A stretch of DNA of 64,000 bases, from contig CDRNST010000035.1 of NCBI GenBank assembly GCA_977016875.1, positions 372,001-436,000 on the forward strand. Direction: 5' to 3'. Position numbers and translations under genes: made by a program. The notes beneath the pieces were generated by a model. That model searched no databases. It was not told where the DNA came from and saw only the letters and a list, made by a program, of their open reading frames with translations. Every line of letters begins with the position of its first letter. The stretch's first letter is position 1. This document shows, one piece after another, positions 1-14,158 of the stretch. The stretch comes from Pavona decussata. Taxonomy: Eukaryota.

Positions 1-858
1 CGTTGGACTCGTTTCAATCTCTCAGGCGTTTGAGCTGCATAGTATTCTTCTAGCATTGCATTCGCGGCAGTTGGAGAAACATGACCTGGATGTGCTTCTT
101 GAGGAATCCCTCTACTTGGGGTTTGCGAATTATGCACTTGCGGACCATGTCTTGGATAGTTGTAAAAGGCTGTTGGACCGGTCAGGCTTTGACCATCTAG
201 AGATTTTGAACGATACCAAGTGACTCCTTCAGTGTTGTAATCTTCTCTTGGAAGTGCAAATGGTGGCGGGTTAGGGCTATCTTCCAACTGCCATAACTGG
301 ACCTCCCTTACAGGCATCAATACATCCCCATTATACCTTCTGCTATCCTCTAGCTCTTTCGATTTCTTCTTTCCATTTTTTGTTGGTGACTTTGCCCTCG
401 GATGGGGAGCAGTCATGTACCCCATAGGGTAATGTTCACGGCCCTCTTGGGATCTTGGAGGAATCATCCCCAACCTGACCATTCTCTCTTCAGTTTCGGG
501 TCTTGTGTCTGATAGCACCGGTAAGCTTCCTCTCTTCCAGTCGGATTCACTGCGAGACCTGACATATCGACTTGCAGAAGAGGGTCGATAATCTGATCTG
601 TTAAGTTCTTTGGAATACCTTGCTAAGGACCTTCCGACAATAAAAGGTTCATTTCCAGCTGCTCTTGCAAGCGAACTTGATCGCACCTCTTCTGGCGGTT
701 TTTCTTTCAGAAACCAATTGGAACTGTTGTTTGGGGAAGGCACGGCCACAGAATTCGACCGGTCCACTCCCAATAAGACTTGGGCATGATCAACACCAGG
801 AGATGGAATCGATTGCAATCTCTGCATTCGACTTTCACGTTTCCTGATCTGGTCCTTC
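1..858 (-). CDS. Gene A, large second coding exon (3' partial): disordered cytoplasmic tail of an uncharacterised type III membrane protein
   Basis: Acceptor tttctAG at 859-860. Stop-free frame of 285 codons to the window edge (KDQIRKRESRMQRLQSIPSPG...YVRSRSESDW...WYRSKSLDG...EEYYAAQTPERLKRVQ). Absent from the ORF track, probably because it has no stop inside the window. Confidence 0.8.
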
Positions 859-1285
859 CTAGAAATATGGTAATGAAAGAACGCATCACACAAGAGAATA
901 GCTACTGTTCCTGTAGCAGCCATTTCTAATTTAATATAAACACAAGAATTGTGATAAACAGTTATATATCATTGTGTGATTACACCAGAATACTATATTT
1001 AGTGAATACAATTCACAAATAGCCTCATTTTTTCTGGAAATTGCGACATGTCTTGGACTTTGTTAATTTCTTCTTGAAATATGTAGTTCTCTTGCGGCAA
1101 AGGTATAATCAATAAAATTCCTCGATTTCACGAAATGTCTTTTATTTATTTCTTCACTGACATGACATGAAAAGGCGCACTTTTCAACAGAAGAAAGAAT
1201 CGTGGTCTACGGCACAAACTTAACATGTGTAACAAATAAAAAAGAAAGACAAATTATTGAAAAATATTTTTAGTTATCTAATTAC

Positions 1286-1395
1286 CTGGCCCATAGAGTA
1301 CAAAATACAATGATGATACATAGTAGAACGAAAATCAATGCTGCTAAGCCAGCTACGAGACCAATGAACCAAGTCTCCTCTGTCAACTTCACCAT
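1286..1395 (-). CDS. Gene A, first coding exon: N-terminal transmembrane anchor (MVKLTEETWFIGLVAGLAALIFVLLCIIIVFCTLWA-R)
   Basis: Acceptor tttcAG at 1399-1400, ATG at 1395, 110 nt (36 codons + 2), donor AG|GTAAT at 1285. Long hydrophobic stretch. The phase-2 intron joins in frame to the exon starting at 858. Confidence 0.8.
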
Positions 1396-2046
1396 GTTCT
1401 GAAAGTAAATACACAATATTCAAAGTTATTTATTCAATTTATCACCAGATTAAATTACTTGCTTGGCAGAAAAAAAATTACATTTCATGGCCTGGTACGT
1501 CGATTGCTGATCATTTCTTTTCCGCACGCAGGGTATTAAAAAATTTTCGGATTTCAATTGTCATACAATTGCTACAATGTAAACACCAGTTCATCCATAT
1601 TGAAGATTAGAATAATGTAAGCAAATAAGTAGATAGTGAACTTAAAGTAACAACAAAATAGTCTAATCCTCATGTGTACGGGAATTCTAAAACAGTAAAA
1701 CAGGTACATGAGGTATGAAGTGGCATTCAAAGTCCACTTCTGTATACTTTCTCAGCAACAATCGACCCATTTCAGAAATTCATTGTTAACACATGATTAA
1801 TCCTTTTCTTGAGATTCGACATGGCAATAAAATAGTCAATTTGCATGTATCTAGTCTGACTATGTTGATTGCCGCCTTTCTTTCACGTTGCTTAATTTGG
1901 GAAAACAAATTAAGGCAAATTGATTTAGACCGCCGTTTAAGATAATCAAAAGACCCATCCATGTATTTGTTTGGTAAGAGGTACATTTTGATAAGAAGAA
2001 ATAGTAGCCAGTCACTACAGCTATATGCCTTCTTGGCACTGTTTAA

Positions 2047-2419
2047 AGGGGCAGTATCATGGGAGATCGATGGGAGATATCTTGATTTTTGGGCCAAATT
2101 CTTTAAATTTAAACTTTGAACACTGTGTTAATTAATTTCTCAATCGCTAATTTAAAGAAAGATTAATAGTGATTCTAAGACGAAAGGTTAAACCAAAATA
2201 TAGTACAACCGGCGATTTTTAGTGCGTCACAACAGCGAAATTTGAAAACGTCCGTCCCTCTCTATCTTGGTCATCTGCCGGCGAAAATATCCTTGGATAG
2301 CTTCTTTGCATTCTGATAGTCTTTTAATGGAATTTTGTCATTATATCTTGGCTGCTATCGGCCGAATAGCGTCCTTCCGATTTTCGATGTGTTACTAAAA
2401 ATAGCGTGATACTGTCCCT
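2047..2419. mobile_element. Non-autonomous DNA transposon (Kolobok-type MITE)
   Basis: TIRs AGGGGCAGTATCATG / CGTGATACTGTCCCT, flanked by TTAA at 2043-2046 and 2420-2423. Confidence 0.8.
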
Positions 2420-4512
2420 TTAAAACGAAGTTTAACCGTATTCGCGTTCCTCCAAATGAAATCGATTTAGACCACGGTTTTGCGTCTCTAAGTGGCCCAA
2501 GAAGATTGACTTTTTCTTTTCACTATCCAGCGAGTCGCCCAAACATTTTTCGCAGCAGTCGTGTTCTTCCTTGTGACGTGTCAAAACACAATACATACCC
2601 TTGCAGGGCGTTTTGTATGTTGCTGAACGATATTTGTAGCAATAGAAAGGTATCAAACATACGGTTCCTTGCAAACAGGTTCAATTGACGAAACGTCGAT
2701 CGGTACAGGGACTAATCTCAATTTTCCACGGTCTGGATCCAAACCATTGCATTTACACAACCAGTGCACGTGTATGTTAACTCTTTCCGTCTTGACTCGA
2801 ATTCAGATCTTGCAAATTATTGTAAATCTACCAACCTCTTTGTTCAGCTACTCCATCTTATACGTCAAAATTTTCAGATTGCCACGAAGAAAACTGTCCA
2901 ATTCTGATTAAATCGAAGGAGCTGAACTGACGCATTTACTTTTTTGCCGTACTCATACGCGTCAACTCATTAATGCAAGATAAGACATCATCTCGCATCT
3001 TCCCGTGAATGTGCAAGCATGCGTTAAATTCTTTATCCAAGTGCCTTGGAAGCATCAAAATATCGATAGAATACGTGCAGGAAGTATTAAGATAGAAGCA
3101 CTGCACTTATGTAGAATTGGCCATTTATTGTACTGGTTCTCAAACGTTGGCCATGGTTTCTGATTACCAAGTTACTTCCAAATTTAAATATTGACTTTAT
3201 GTTCATAGTGTAGAGGTATCTGCTTTATATACTGTGGAAAAGTGTTTTTCTTTTTCTTTGGTGTTTATCTCGATATTGCCAGTTTTGATGGTAGGTTTAC
3301 AGACATTTACAAAGTTAAATATCATTTCAGCAAAGTTATGCGGACTATTTTGCGTTTGGTGCTACCCCCAAAAAGTTATTTTTACTCAAGTATTGGTAAA
3401 CAATACGTGGTAAAGGAAAACTTGAATTTTTTTCTGCCATTTCTTGCTGAGAAATGACCTAATAATTGGAATTTTCAAGCCACTTATTAAGCTATAAAAT
3501 TTGTCTGCAGTAGAAGATACGATGCCATAACTCGCGTTAAATTTCTAAATAAAAGAAGTTCAGCTTATCACGGTCTTCTTCATATTAATCACAGATTGAC
3601 CGCAGGCATCCTTGTTATACGTGAAGACAGGAACGTTCCAATAGTAAGCACTTCCAAGCTTAAAGGAACGTTCCTGATGGAAAGTTAAATGAAGACTGCA
3701 ATGACATAGTCAAGCTTGTTTCAAAGTATTTCATAATTTGAAATTTTACTGAAATTTTGCATTTTCCCCGTTATCAAAGTTTTACGATAGCTGTCCATTC
3801 TACAATATTGCAAAATTCGTCCTCTTAACTGCTAATAATGGCCTTGTGGTCTTTTTCGCCAATAGTTGCATACTTTAAAGAAGCAAGACTTTCGATTTTG
3901 TGTTTAACATTTGTATTTACTATAACATGCAATAGGTCAAGGAGGGACTTTGCTGGGGGAGCTTTATTGTGAAAATATAAGTAAATGTTGTTGTTGTTTG
4001 GTTATTAATTTGTTTGGTAAAGAAATTCAGACTCGTCATGTCGTCGAAAAATGTGCATATAGCCTTCCTGATTTGTCTCAGAGTTGCAAATCCCTTATTG
4101 CCTATATAGTGTTAGAGTTTTGGGCCAATCAAAGAAGGTAAATTTCACACACAAGCAAAAGGAATAATTTGGCGTCATAAATATGCCACATGGCCTTGTA
4201 AAATTACAATAGTTAGGTGTCCAATGACTTTGCACAAAAGTATGTATTCTTACGTATCTTCAAAATCCCTTATCAAAACATGTTCCATGAGAAAATCAAG
4301 AAACATGACAATATCCAAATGGAAACTGTTGCCACTAGGAGTTTTCTTGGATCCGCATGGATGACAATGTTATGTTTCCTTTAAGTTGTGGTTACAGCGC
4401 TGTCGCTCCATGGGTTAATCTGGCTGGCGTACGCATGCAAGCTATGCTTTCCTGTTCCTTTTATAGAACGATTTTGGGCTTGAATTTTCCAGATTTCGTC
4501 TACTGTCTAGAG

Positions 4513-4548
4513 TCGCTCTGATGAAAGGCTAAGGCTCGAAATGTCAGC
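4513..4548 (+). ncRNA. Minimal hammerhead ribozyme motif (Penelope/retrozyme-associated type), slightly degenerate
   Basis: CTGATGA-aaggctaaggctc-GAAA-tgtcagc carries the hammerhead core boxes CUGANGA and GAAA around a short stem II. Confidence 0.6.
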
Positions 4549-4654
4549 ACTCGAGTCTCTTTACGGTGATAAACCAAACATTCCATTATAAACAGGAGCG
4601 AGATCAGTTGCATCCTGAAAAACCTTGTAAACCAACTTGTTAGCACCCTGAAGA

Positions 4655-5040
4655 TGTTGGTTAGGGCTTTGGAAACACTGGCTGCTCTTGTGCTGAGGCT
4701 TGTAAACAGCTCAGTGTCGATACCAGATCTTTGCAGCACTATTTTAGCCCATCTAGAGATTGTGTCTCTCGATACTGATTTATGCGGTTTAATAAAACTT
4801 ATCAACAACTGGTGTTCATCACCTCTGATAGTGTGCGAGTGTCCACTCCAGTCAGTTGATACCGAGCCACGCATTGCGATCGAAACAGTGTCGTGAACCT
4901 GCTGTTCAGACAGGACTCTCAATCACACCACGGTCCGCGTTTTTAACAGTCTCATAATCAATAAAGTTTGCGGGATCTCAGTGCCTCAACACAGTCTTGT
5001 CCCTCAAGAGTCGTGTGTATAAGTATTCTTTTAGCACCAT
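4655..5040 (-). mobile_element. DIRS-type tyrosine recombinase C-terminal fragment (degenerate, interrupted)
   Basis: IRGDEHQLLISFIKPHKSVSRDTISRWAKIVLQRSGIDTELFTSLSTRAASVSKA resembles the DIRS1 YR box (HSTR motif decayed to LSTR). An upstream VLKEYL piece at ~5010-5038 is separated by ~175 bp of unrelated DNA. Confidence 0.75.
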
Positions 5041-7564
5041 GAAGTAAAATTTGTCCTTTAGCTATTCTCATAAGTTGTTGTGAACAACTTGAATGGCCCA
5101 CGAAGAATGCTTTTACGGGACCCTCTGCCTACATCTGTGCATAAACTATCATACCCAATGGACAGTTGATCGCGTAATATAGAAACAAAAGGCTTAAATT
5201 TTCTTCTCTTCTCTTAAAATGCCTAATGGATTCGGCCAATAGTCCGCAATGCACGTGCTTTCCATGTAACATTTCCCATTGCAAACCCTGCGGTAATGGG
5301 GCCAACTTGCGGAACCCTCTCGCGAATAATATATAATAAAGATATTACGGCGTCAAAGATTGAAAACTATCCAAGTTGTTCCTGCGTTCATGGAAAATAA
5401 AATTTACCCTCAGCTGACATCAAATATACAAGAAGATGCCTAACGTCTTACTGTATATGGAGTACTTGACTAACTAGCAATATTTTCCCCACGTGCAAAA
5501 TAAGCTCCAATTAATATATGCAAATATGGAGTTGTTAGACAAATAATTTGACTGTCAAAATAAAATAACAGCGAGAACGTTAATCAATTTTAGTCACGCC
5601 ATTTTTATTATTTAATTTCTCATGACAAACACATTATGTTAATAATTTCTTTCTGGACGCTAGAATTTTAGGTTTGTTGGAAGAAGGAAGCATATAAAAC
5701 ATGTTACTGGTTTTTCAAGGAGAATTGGGTATCACTGAAGTAAAATGTTGCATGTGCTTCCATTAGCTCAAATTGCCAGAGTAAAACACAATGCAAATAA
5801 CCATTTACAACGCTTAAAGCAATTATAAAAAACACTTGAAAAAACAGAAAAACGGAACGTTTCGGAACAATGGATTTCTAGCCTGAACGAACAGGACCAC
5901 TCATCATAAAGTACCCTGCGAACTATTTCCACAGGGAATCACTGAAACATGTAAATAATGCTTGTCGACTTTTTTTTTTACCATTAAGACGTTCAGTTTT
6001 GTTTCAAAAGTATTTTCACAATTGTTTCTGTGCCTTGTGCATGAAATAGTTTTCCAAACACAAAGCGACTGTTTTGGACAAAAAGCACCTCCGGCATAAT
6101 AAAGATGAATATATGTTTTGTTTGCATAAATTAATGGAAAAGGAAAATTAGTATAGATAACTGTATTGTTGACAGAATTCCTGATAAAATATTCACAATC
6201 AGTCCTTTTCATTTAATTAACTATTTCCACAAGCAAAAATAAAAATTCCCTATGGCTATTTGCTAGCCTAAACATAAATAAAGTATTTTAAGCAATATAT
6301 ATACTGCTTTGCAATTAGCCAAATTTAAACGTAGCACAATATCCACACTGACCCACAACTTCCCGAACATTACTGAACAACACGAACAGAATCTCAAGTT
6401 AGCATGTGTTCAAGCAATAAAACGCTTATTTCTTCACTTCAAATAACCTTCTTTGGATAATACACACACTTTGCACATGTTGTCATTAAAAACAGACGCA
6501 TGGAAAGTTTGAAGTTTCTAAAACGCGCTTCGATGTTCGCGTGACGTAGTTTTCATACTTACTTTTGAATTCGTTCAAAGTATTCGTCTAGGAACTTGAA
6601 TCGCAGTTTTTGTGGATAGTTGGTGTGTTATTGTTATCAGATTCTCCTCAAATTTTCGAAGTGTTCTTGTGGATAGTTAGTTTATTCTTTTCACACCACA
6701 TGGTTTTGTTGTAATGAATAATGATGGTTATCATTTTCTTTAAATAGCTCAATCATCATTGGTTATGTCGTCATAACTGACCATTGACGTCGTCAGCCTT
6801 TGACAAAACTGCCACAGCAAAGCGGATGTTCTTTGTATTTGACGAAAAATAGCTGGCGGAAGAAAATATACTTTACTGCGGTTTTAACGTTCTTTAGGAA
6901 CTCAAGATTTACATGTCGGAATAAATTGTTTGCAAGTTTCAATCGTAACTTGAAAGAAAGAAAAAATATGAGCTAGAGGAGAGAAAACAAGGTTTGAGAA
7001 AGGGAAGGTATAAAAAACGTTTGTGCTGTGTCAAGTTATTTTTCACGGAAATTGATATTCCCTTGGGAACTCTGTTTACCTTCCGGTTCAATTCTCCGTG
7101 ACTGACGCCAAGAAAAGAAAACCGCTTCAACGATTTTTCTTCGCACCTTAAATTCTAAGCCTGTTTTTATATATATCGTAAAGATTGCGGATGACCGAGG
7201 ATTTCGACCGCCTCAGATGTTCCCGGCTCTGACTATGTGCGATGATTAATGAATAAAAAACTAAAGAGTCCGTTATTTTTGTGACAAGACAGTAGCTTTG
7301 GTACGGCGAATGACATCGCAGACTACAGCAGTTGAGAGCTCTTCAGTTGCACAGAAAACAGCAAAGAATTTAACTTTACACTCACTAAACGTTTGCTTGT
7401 GACATTTTCATGGCCGAGGTGTCGTGGTGTCGTGGAGAACCTAACTACCAAAAATCTGTGTAGTTCTATTTTTTAGCAATTGTAAGAAATTGGAACATAC
7501 TTTATTAAGTATGATAAAATTTGAATATAAAAATGCAGTGGCCGGGTTTACCCAAGGTTTCCAC

Positions 7565-8860
7565 TAACTGAAACTCATGGAGGAACCGATCACAAACTAT
7601 GTCGATTTTAAAATGGTGTGTTTTGGAAAGCTTCCACGTCATTTTTATATTACGTAATACACGTTTGTTGATGCACACTCGGTACGGTACACACCATCAA
7701 GATCCATATGGATGGTCGGACTCGAGAGTGATCAGGAAAAACCAACTATGATTTTTCTTTTTTGCATCTGTGAAGAATATTCTATGACGCAAGACTAAGC
7801 CGTATCTGGTATAGCGGTGAGAAACTTGGACGGCCGCTTTCCAGACGAAGTTTGACACAGACAAGGTCGGAACGGAACGTGATGGTTGCCGCTCTGCAGG
7901 GGTCTTACTTTAAACCAATATGATGTCGGTCTTAACGAATACACAATCTAATCATAGAGATTATCATGTCACGCAAAGTTAAGTATGGAAATTGTAAATG
8001 GTAATAAGTATGACAGAGCAAAAACCTTGGAACTAGCTTTTTGCCTTTCAGATAAAAAGGAATGTATTCTAAAACGAGGGTGAAACCACCAACTGTATTA
8101 TTTAGAATGCAGCAGGAGTATCCCAACAACCGACATTAAGCCCCATCAGACATCTATTGTTTGGAAATGCTACTGGAGAGGATTGTTTATAAAATACTTT
8201 TATGCTGACGCATTAACTGAAACTCATGGAGGAACCGATCACAAACTATGTCGATTTTAAAATGGTGTGTTTTGGAAAGCTTCTACGTCATTTTTATATT
8301 ACGTAATACACGTTTGTTGGTGCACACTCGGTACGGTACACACCATCAAGATCCATATGGATGGTCGGACTCGAGAGTGATCAGGAAAAACCAACTATGA
8401 TTTTTCTTTTTTACATCTATGAAGAATATTCTATGACGCAAGACTAAGCCGTATCTGGTATAGCGGTGAGAAACTTGGACGGCCGCTTTCCAGACGAAGT
8501 TTGACACAGACAAGGTCGGAACGGAACGTGATGGTTGCCGCTCTGCAGGGGTCTTACTTTAAACCAATATGATGTCGGTCTTAACGAATACACAATCTAA
8601 TCATAGAGATTATCATGTCACGCAAAGTTAAGTATGGAAATTGTAAATGGTAATAAGTATGACAGAGCAAAAACCTTGGAACCAGCCTTTTGCCTTTCAG
8701 ATAAACAGGAATGTGTTCTAAAACGAGGGTGAAACCACCAACTGTATTATTTAGAATGCAGCAGGAGTATCCCAACAACCCACATCAAGCCCCATCAGAC
8801 ATCTATTGTTTGGAAATGCTACTGGGGAGGATTGTTTATAACATACTTTTATGCTGACGC
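7565..8860. repeat. Near-identical tandem duplication, two units with a 649-bp period
   Basis: 7565-8211 matches 8214-8860 with only scattered substitutions. The paired ORFs at 7932 and 8581 are offset by 649. Confidence 0.95.
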
Positions 8861-11800
8861 TAAGAAGCCTAAGAAACTACATTACGAAAAAGAAAACAGA
8901 GCAGCAAAGACAAATGCTTACGAGACATCACTTCGTCTGCTTCACAGTAAAACACATAAACAATATCTGTTGTGTATTTGAAATAGAAACAGATACATTG
9001 ATTTTTGTGAGTTAACTCTGTCGAATGAAATTAAACCCGATAAACAACTACACAAACACTTTCTTTGCAGAGCTTTTAAGAGTTCATTACTTTCGTTTTG
9101 TGAGCATTACATTCGGAAAAAAGAGGAGAAATAGGTAAAAAGAAAAGTGTTTTCATTTTCTATTTCCTGCAACGTGCATATCTCTGCCGATCGTAGCTTT
9201 CCACGAATGATCTCTGCGTTATCTGAGATACTCGCCGAGTTTGGTTTGGAAATCGACCATTAAAACTACTGGTTCATTTTCAGAAAATAGACGTTATATC
9301 AGCCAAATGAAATTACTTTCCTGTCTGTGTGGAGCGTGATGTCGAGCTTTATCCTACATATCGGTGTGCAATACAAACGTCTGCAAAAATTCCAAACTCG
9401 AGACAGATCTTTATCTTTGAAGTTGTTTGGGACTGTGCTAACCTTAGGTGTTGTTTAAGCAGTGTTCAGTTTCGGTGGAACCCACAAGCCTATCGTCCAA
9501 ATTTGGTTTTCTGAGTATTGCTCCGTTCAAATTTGGTTTTCTGAGAACTGTCTCTATCCGAACGTCGAATCACCCCATGATTGTCTATTAAGCAAAGTTA
9601 ATCTACCTAAAATTTACTGTATCTTTACATGGCCTTTTATCACTACAGTACTGTATCATGGATACAGTGAATAGATTGTCAGACGCGCAGCTACCTTTTC
9701 TCTATTTCGCCTATTACGGCTTGCTTGCCAACGTTTTATTCCACGATGGCAATAGCAAACGAAAACGGATTATTACAGATCGCACTCTTGAAATAGACTT
9801 TGATCTCTATCTGGGAGGCAGATAATTGCAATGATTGAGTCAATTTTGTTCAATTGGGAAGCATCCTTTCAACTCTTAGGGTAAGTTGAGCAGGGGCACA
9901 TCGCATCCAACTATTTTTGTCGTTTTAAACTGTGAAATGTAAGAAAGATTCAAGAATGAAGACGGTTTCGCGCCGACTGATGCGATCTTTCATCGTGAAT
10001 ATGCCTTAACCTAGCAATATGATTTCAAGTTATTTACACTGATAAACTTGAACACAGTTGATCACTAAAGCAGGTTTCATAAAGCTTCAAATTATACCCT
10101 CAGCAAGCATTTAAGGCACATTTTCGATGATAATAACTTGTCAATTCTGATGAAATAACTAAAAAGAAAATAAAAACTCACCTAAAAGGACAATACTTGA
10201 TCGACGTGCTCCGCGTTTGCAGTGAACAAAAACAATGAATGATATCGGTACATTGGGTTTCAAAACACAATATTTGTCTAATAATTGTTAGGTAAATATC
10301 GGACTGGCTTGTTGTCTAATTACTAAAGCAACTGTTGCTCGTCAACTTTCAACTCATACTGGCCGATATCTGCGGTTTCCTTTGACAGCAGCAAGGTGGT
10401 TCACAAGAGCGAATACAACTTCTTGTTCTCAGTTACCGAGAGTCATCGCAATGCAAATAGGACGCTAAAAATAAGGCGGAGTTCTATTATCTTTTGCAAA
10501 ATTTAACTCCTTAGAGAGAACTTGGTTTGAATACGACGCTTTAAGTATTTTTGTAATGCGAATACATAATCACACAGAATAAATATTTAAATAGGTTCAT
10601 GTTGCTCAATAATCTTCGAAAAGTTAGACGTTAGAATGGATGAACAGCCTAAATAGTTTGTGAACTGTAGAAAGCTTGCTGTCGTACGACAACAAAGTAA
10701 AGATTGGCTTTTGTGAAATAAAACTCCACAAAAGAAGAGCAGGTGATCGAATATTCGTTAAACGCCCTTGTGAAGGAATTTTACTAAATGTGAACAGAAG
10801 CTAGAAGAAAATAACTTCATTACGGACAATAAACAATATCTGTTGCTTACCACCTTCTCGAAATTTATTTTAAATCTACAAAAGAGCTCAGGTTTTGGTA
10901 ATTGCACATTACCAACGTGAGCAATTATTGGGGAACGCTAAACTAGAAGCTAGATGGCGAAAAAAAAAAATTGAATACAATAAGCGACAACCAGATGATG
11001 CAAACAAGCTAAAACTGTCCCTCTACAATTCTTATATTAAAATTTGTTAAAAGCGATTCTAAGAAGGGAACTATATTGGCAGAACTTAACGAGACAGCGC
11101 GTATTCGGTGTATAGTCATTGTCTGGAAGCAATGAAAGGTCCTCGAAAAGGATCATGTGGAAAGCTTGGCCTGTCTCTCTAGCTTTTTTCTCTCACTTTT
11201 TCTTGCTCCCCCTCCCTCTCTCCGATTACCTCTTTGGAGGTTAATAATGAGGAGCTGAGCGGTCAAAATAGACGTCGCAAAGACGTCGTTTATTAACTTT
11301 CTCAATTTTCTTCCGTCTGTGGCCCACAGTCCCTTGCAGTACAACACTATTTTTTCCCTGCAGGCGCATTTTCACTTTTGCATGTGAATTTTCTGCCTTG
11401 TAACACTGAAGACCCGAATGATAATGTCTGCTCCAGAAGAAGACCTATTATTCCCCCCCCCCCCCCCCAATGGTAGGCCAGTGGATTTCACTGGGGAGGG
11501 GAAAGGGTCGGATCTTAAAAGCCACAATTTTGAAGCTGAATTGAAATTTCCAGGAGAGTGGGGGATATCGTTTTTTTTTTCTTGTGGACAGATTTTTTAG
11601 CCTCATAAGAACTCCGAGTCTTCTATCATCATTTGTTATCAAGACTTCACACTTTGGTAATCGTCCTCATTGTATGCATGGGACATTATGATGAATGTTC
11701 CTTTCCGGAAGGTTTGATAATACCCAGCTATGAGGACGGCACATGTTGTTTGAAAGACTAAAACACTGCATAGTCCTGGGGCAAATGTAAGAATTTAAAG

Positions 11801-13546
11801 TCGCGTGGAAATTTTGGGAGGCAAGCAAGTAAGCCAATAGTCTAGATGTCTTAATGGGACCCTAAATGACAAAAAAGAAAAACATGGTGGCACATTTGCA
11901 ACTTGTACCAAGGGCTTTTATCGGTGGTCTTAAAAATGACTAACTGGAAACTCTCTTCGACTAAGCCTGCATCTCGAGAAAAGCCACCATGGCAGATGAC
12001 CTTTGTGATATTTAATGCTTTGAATCATTTAGTTGAGAGTAACTATTGCAGTACCCAAAAAAATAAAGAGAGAAGATAATAGGTCAAAGATAGCTTTTCC
12101 TAGACAGATAACTATTTTCAACATTAATTAAAAATCAAATTGAACAACGGGTAAACAGTTTTTGGACACGCAATGAGAAAACTACTTTACTAAGGAGATG
12201 CTTTTCAGTTTATTACAACAACAGCCTCGCTTCCATGCTTAACATGCACGTGACCAGTCCTTGAATAGGAAGGCATAGAAAGAAAAAGTGCAGTAAGCTA
12301 GTAAAGTGATAAAGTCATGCCAATAATCTTTTGGCGGGGTTTAGTTATGTAATAGAATAAAACAAGCCTCACTCTTAGCCTCGTTTCCATGGCAACTTAG
12401 ACACGTGAGCCCTCTCCGAGGAAGTGTCCAAAACGTCTTAGTGATTTGGTGTTGTTTCGTTCACATAATTAAAAGATATAACCAATTCGCTGTCATAGTG
12501 TCCTTTCTATGCTGAGGAATATATGTCATTTCTAAAACCCGCTTTAAAAGCCCTCAATGCGAGTTGGAAAAGTGCCACAATTTTTTGGGGGGTATTAAGG
12601 GCCCCATTAAGACATTTAGACTAGTGGCTTGCTTGCTTCAAAAAGTTCGCACAGGATTACACATGCTCCCACAACTAACACACATGGATTGTTTGAATGT
12701 AAATATATTATTCGCATATTGCCATGACAACAGGCATTTTACTGTTCCGTTCAGTTGCAGTCATTCCTGTTCCTCTACTTGTTTGGAAAAATCTGTGTTT
12801 ATTAGTATCTACCTGTCTATCAGCATTACTGACAAAAAGAAAAAAAGGCCAACAACTCAAAGACAGACGAAGTTTATCATGGTTTGAAATTATATTATAG
12901 TTCATAGTTTGTCTCTGTGTTAGGATTGTTGGAGAAACGATGCGCTTATAATTATTTGCCAAAACGATTGTGTGTCATACATTAATGCCAAATAACAAGT
13001 TTGCTTTCCTGAAATTTGCGAACCCTTCACACTTTTTTTTGTTAATAACAAAGACCCAATGGACAAAGGACCGTAAGGTCTTTATAGGATTGCAGAGAGG
13101 CTTGAACGTATTGCGGTACCTCCATTTTATGTACTGATTTAATAATAATAGTGTGTACGACTTATGGACGAACTTAAAGCTGTTAAGAGTTGCTATAAAT
13201 AATAGTGCATGGCAACATAAACAGAGCGATATTTAAGCATAAGGTGACTGAAAGTCATGCAATTTTCAGAGATTGAAAACTTTTATCGATGAAAGTATTG
13301 AACACTGGACAAAATGGCTCCTACTTTGGACATTAGTTTTGCAACGCATATTGTTCACGCTCTTTCAATGTCTCTTCAAGAAGCCACTCGGACACACACT
13401 AAGTCCCAGTCCCATTTGACATAATCGCCGTGAGAATCATTCTCGTTCCCAAGGCCTTCACGGGCTTTTATTATCTGGCCCCTTGACAAACAATGACTGT
13501 AAGCACTGGGCGCATGCATGCATGACATCAAGGACATCGCCTCCTA

Positions 13547-13770
13547 ATAGGTGGTTTTCACCTCACACATCGTCACGCACGAGAAAAAAAATTAAATCCT
13601 CAACCATTCAATAGATAAAGTCGAGAAATTGATATGTTGTAGAAGAGTGATACATAAACAACGTGGGAAAGCCACAGGGCTGTGCGATATCTCCTAATCG
13701 AGTTATTCGAGAAAATGTACCACGGAAAATTACAGAGTTTAGTATGGGACGCCATATTGGTGCCCCGTCT

Positions 13771-13801
<31 letters not shown>

Positions 13802-14158
13802 CAAAAACATCTGGAGTTTACCTTGGCTATTTCAAAGCCTTTCTCCTCTCTGCTGAACTTTCACACATTGACATTAACGCTTCTATTACATGTTAGCTGA
13901 TCAGACCTAAAAAAAGCACGAGGCGAATCGATGTTTTCATGTACGTGACATGTTTAGAGCAGCAATCCTTCTGTCACGCACTGTTAAAAAATCTAAAATT
14001 CAAACTGCCCTATTTTCAAAACAAAGAATGCTATCCTGCTGAAAACAAGCAAGCCGATGGAAATAAAGATTTTGTTATATGTGATGAAGATAAAAACCCA
14101 AAATTGTGTTTAGTTATGAATTTCAGTTTTTTATGACGTCATGTGAAAACCAAGAATA
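13547..14158. mobile_element. Non-autonomous DNA element, uninterrupted copy (second copy at 52745-53964)
   Basis: Imperfect inverted ends GGTGGTTTTCAC / GTGAAAACCAAGA. Internal hairpin CGCCATATTGGTGCCC...GGGCACCAACATGGCG. Highly similar dispersed copy in this window. Confidence 0.85.

Noticed and set aside
2599-2930. 5' UTR exon of gene A (donor AAGG|GTATGT); likewise a donor at ~18293 for gene B
   Set aside because: Plausible, but supported only by a donor-like motif; needs transcript data.
7932-8778. Paired 65-aa ORFs as duplicated genes
   Set aside because: Non-ATG starts and no recognisable domain; by-products of the tandem duplication.
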